A stretch of 56,142 nucleotides of DNA, the filler included, from an uncultured bacterium (GTDB taxonomy: Bacteria > AUK180), in the NCBI GenBank assembly GCA_937863565.1. It is 4 parts of 4 records of this genome, joined end to end, with 100 filler letters (N's around TTAATTAATTAA, not from the genome) between each part and the next. Parts side by side here need not be neighbours in the genome. Positions count along the whole stretch, not along the records: positions 34,303 to 56,142 come from CALMGJ010000032.1; 3 more parts are not named here. One strand, 5' to 3'. Below, in pieces: positions 55,997 through 56,142 of this stretch. The position numbers and the translations under genes were made by a program. The stretch's first letter is position 1; the number at the start of each line of letters is the position of its first letter. The notes beneath the pieces were generated by a model, which saw only the letters and a program-made list of their open reading frames with translations, ran no database searches and was not told the origin of the DNA.

Positions 55997-56142
55997 TCTC
56001 AATTTTTCACTTCCCATTCTTCATTGTCCATTATCAATTCTTCTTTTTGCATGTTCTTTATATTTGTCAACTCTCAATTCTCAACTTTCAACTCTCAACT
56101 CTCTTCACTCTTCACTTCGTTTCGCCTCTATCCTCTAACCTC
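55997..56142 (-). repeat. Degenerate tandem heptamer repeats, same family as 8326-8381
   Basis: Plus strand TCTCAAT TTTTCAC TTCCCAT TCTTCAT TGTCCAT TATCAAT; then TGTCAAC TCTCAAT TCTCAAC TTTCAAC TCTCAAC; TCTTCAC x2. Confidence 0.75.

Overview
Bacterial chromosomal DNA from a diderm organism (porins, Wza/Wzc, LolA-like sorting protein), probably a draft or metagenome-assembled genome. Four contigs are joined by artificial 100-nt N/TTAATTAATTAA spacers (1-10579, 10680-23112, 23213-34202, 34303-56142), so adjacency across a spacer is not evidence of linkage. Contig 1 has a polysaccharide-export/envelope operon (porin, LysM lipoprotein, short OPX/Wza, flippase-like protein, Wzc, two paralogous lipoproteins), a TPR protein, NlpC/P60 and an NtrC-type sigma54 activator. 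Directly downstream of the activator is an unannotated ~175-nt candidate sigma54-dependent sRNA with two C-rich anti-Shine-Dalgarno motifs, the strongest novelty candidate here. Contig 2 has a ZIP-cNMP fusion, the ylxM-ffh-rpsP-khpA-rimM-trmD-SPOUT-rplS-rnhB-yraN-comM-glk operon and remnants of an Rhs toxin locus. Contig 3 has panC, an accessory PHP-degenerate DnaE whose promoter spacer is a perfect 20-bp palindrome (candidate new SOS-type operator), an MNT/HEPN toxin-antitoxin pair and recX. Contig 4 has a Lol-like ABC operon with an operator palindrome, a glycosylation/radical-SAM cluster, recO-ispF-udg, an M20 hydrolase-transcarbamylase-carbamate kinase trio, a signal-peptide-bearing AmrS radical SAM enzyme and a RicT/PSP1 with a duplicated domain. 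At least six genes appear to be transcribed as leaderless mRNAs from near-consensus sigma70 promoters. No rRNA, tRNA, CRISPR array or transposase was seen. All family calls come from motif recognition by eye, not database searches.
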